In this document: positions 61,785 to 64,000 of the stretch, in pieces
Numbering within the stretch: the stretch's first letter is position 1
Layout: every line of letters starts with the position of its first letter
Assembly (NCBI GenBank): GCA_963693365.1
Contig: CAVNZM010000006.1
Span: 1,674,001 to 1,738,000 of the forward strand
Length of the DNA: 64,000 bases
Source of the DNA: Amoebidium appalachense
Lineage: Eukaryota > Protista > Ichthyosporea
Reading direction: 5' to 3'
The notes under the pieces: generated by a model
Told to the model about the DNA's origin: nothing
Database searches by the model: none
Seen by the model: the letters and a program-made list of their open reading frames with translations, nothing else
Translations under genes and position numbers: made by a program

Positions 61785-63247
61785 GGGGGGGCAAGGGGAG
61801 ATAGAAAGAGCGGGAGGGGAAAACCCTGGTGATATCGCTGCACATATTTGTTATCAGTAAGGATAATTTTGTGTGTCTGTGTGTACACGTCCATTTGTCC
61901 GGCTTGTACAGGAGCATCCAATGTGCTTAGGGGGAATGCATGTTCTGATATAGAAATTCGAGGGAGAGAACACCCTATGAATAAATAGATGTGGGTGGGG
62001 CTGAGTAGGTTTAGAATGTGGAACACGGTACGGAGTACAACTACACAGTGAGAGACCTGGTGCAGGACACATGCAAAGGCAAACATTCAAGTATGCAACA
62101 TCAGCAAAGCGCACAGTACGCACCATAAGCAGAACCCATCCCCAGGGGAGTATGGGGGATGTGGGGAGGTGGATTGGGTGGGTGGGTGTGGTGGTGGTGG
62201 TGGTGGTGGTGGTGGGGCGGGGGGGGGGGAGGGGGGGGGGGGGGGGGAGGGGTAAGGGGGGGAGGGGGGGGGGGGGGGGGGATTACCTAAGTGCCCTCAG
62301 CTTGTCCAATACCGTGTCGTAAGGTAGCCCCACCAGTGACTGCAACCACATCAGTGAGTAAAACCTCCCCCCCCCCCTCCCCCCCCCCCCCCCCCCCTCC
62401 CCCCCTCCCCACACACACACACACATACAGCCTTTACACAATCACACGCACGCACACACACGCACACTCACACACACACACACACACGCACACACACACA
62501 AACACAAGAACACACACACACACCACACACCCCCACACCATCCCATTCTCTTGTTGCCCCTCTCCTCCCTTCCCACCACCACCACCCCCCACCACCCATA
62601 GTCCCCTCCACTTTTATTTGTTCGATACGTTTTTTATTGCTGATGTATAAGCTCAAGGGCCTCCCACCACTAACCCCCTGAGATTCAGCGATGGTTCGGG
62701 GATAGTGTGGAAGGGGGGAGAGAAGAGGGGGGGGGGGGGGGGGGGGGGGGGTGGTGGTGCATAGAGATTAACTTTTCTATCCGTTTTTCAGGATTTTGGA
62801 CAGGGGAAGAGGAGGGGGGTGAGGAGATGGGGGGGGGGGGGGGGGGGGGGCAGAGAGAGATTGGTTGTTGACACTGATTAAACACCTTCATTAACGGACA
62901 GAACGGGGGGCTGGAGCAGGAAGGGACGATCGAGGGGCAAGGCCTGAAGAGGGCGTAGGGGCAAGAAGGGGAGGGAGGGGGTTCCACTTGCAATGACAAC
63001 ACAAACGGGGCAGGGAGAGACTGAGGGAGGGAGGGGAGGAGGGGGACTCGGAGGTGGTGGTGGTGGGGGGTGAAGGTGGTGTGGTGTGTGGTGTGTGGTG
63101 TGTGTGTGTGTGAGGGGGGGGGGGGGGGGGGGGGGAGACCTGGTGGTTGACACTCAAGATGACGTCACCAACACAGAGTTCTCCGCACTGGGCGGCTGCA
63201 CTGTTGGGGTAGATGCTGGCTATCAGCACAGAGGGGATGAACGAGGC
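57756..63247 (-). CDS. Mint/X11/APBA/LIN-10-like protein, tandem PDZ C-terminal region (5' part lies beyond the window)
   Basis: In-phase exons 63140-63247, 62287-62339, 61351-61441, 60368-60439, 59501-59578 and 57756-57818 give ...LCVGDVILSVNHQ-SLVGLPYDTVLDKLRALSKETTVHMVVVPADPVLQVRINR...LGFGLYQNEIVNVEEGSPADIAGLRTGYRITEVNGVSVVGAPQE...EVCLKTMPRDLYNCLVCP*. This is colinear with recalled Mint PDZ1-PDZ2 motifs (SLVGLP, CPPVTTV, LGFSV, EING.SVV, LKTMP). Confidence 0.87.
58333..62147. repeat. Six copies of the G-tract-flanked dispersed repeat in Mint-like introns (starting 58333, 58785, 59197, 60640, 61176, 62010)
   Basis: Each starts (G)n-TT(T/A)GAATG and ends ATAAGCAGA(G/A)CCCATCC(T/C)C(A/G)GGG. 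There are two interior subtypes, ~105 and ~135 bp. Confidence 0.9.
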
Positions 63248-63272
63248 CTGTGTGCACTGTGTGTGTGTGTGT

Positions 63273-63323
<51 letters not shown>

Positions 63324-63741
63324 GTGTGTGCATCTTGCCATGCATAATATTCAACATGGCAGAAGGCTCCGGGTGGAGGGGGGAGGGAGACCGCATGCAC
63401 ATATTGATGGAATAGATTGCGGGCGGAGGAAAGGGGGGGGGGGGGGGGGTAAAGGGGTACTCTGTTAGTTTATGCTGTATACAGTGGGCGCCCGCATTAT
63501 TTGCAAGTGCACAAGTGTGGGTGCGACCACTCACAATAAATGTGCTTCGACCCATTCTTAATGCCCCATATCTCCGCCTCAATAAACATTCCTTTTTGTA
63601 AGTTTGGTTGGCGATCCATTTGCCAGGGGAGGGGGTGGGGGCAGTAGGGGTGGGATGGGTGGGGGGTGAGGACGGGGGGAGGGGGGAGAGAGGATCCACT
63701 AGTCTAACCCACAACTTCCGTCCAAAAGAAACAGACACACG

Positions 63742-63780
<39 letters not shown>

Positions 63781-63796
63781 GCGCGCACGCGCACGC

Positions 63797-63906
<110 letters not shown>

Positions 63907-64000
63907 GCTTGCACGCGCGCGCACACACACACACACAGAAACACACACAAAAACACAAACAGGCACACGCGCAAATCACACACACACACACGCACACACA

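Noticed and set aside
58333-62147. Dispersed repeats read as a CRISPR array, coding exons or C/D snoRNAs
   Set aside because: Spacing is irregular, the context is eukaryotic and there are no cas genes. Subtypes differ by frame-breaking indels and stops. A box-C-like TGATGA occurs in one copy, but there is no terminal box D.

Overview
Intron-rich eukaryotic nuclear DNA packed with poly-G/poly-C tracts and (CA)n/(GT)n arrays, so most ORF-track entries are low-complexity artefacts. TENT5/FAM46 and a Mint/X11-type tandem-PDZ gene, both strongly diverged from animal sequences, suggest a unicellular holozoan such as an ichthyosporean (inference). Manual splicing gives six genes: MED21 (-), a small FUN14-like membrane protein (+), a ~613-aa orphan with a C-terminal hydrophobic hairpin (-), a ~26-27-exon USP4/USP15-like deubiquitinase (+), a TENT5/FAM46 nucleotidyltransferase fused to ankyrin repeats with a +1 frame break in its catalytic core (+), and the 3' end of a Mint/X11/LIN-10 homolog (-). 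Mobile DNA: a recent full-length Ty1/copia element (765-bp LTRs, half-tRNAiMet PBS, Gag starting inside the LTR) in an intronic poly-C tract, and three non-autonomous DNA transposons with TIRs and TSDs (hAT-, Kolobok- and CMC-like). The least explained signals are a family of ~90-150-bp G-tract-flanked intronic repeats that share one orientation relative to their host genes, and poly-C tracts placed just downstream of many 5' splice sites. All calls come from reading the sequence and recalled family motifs; no database searches were run.
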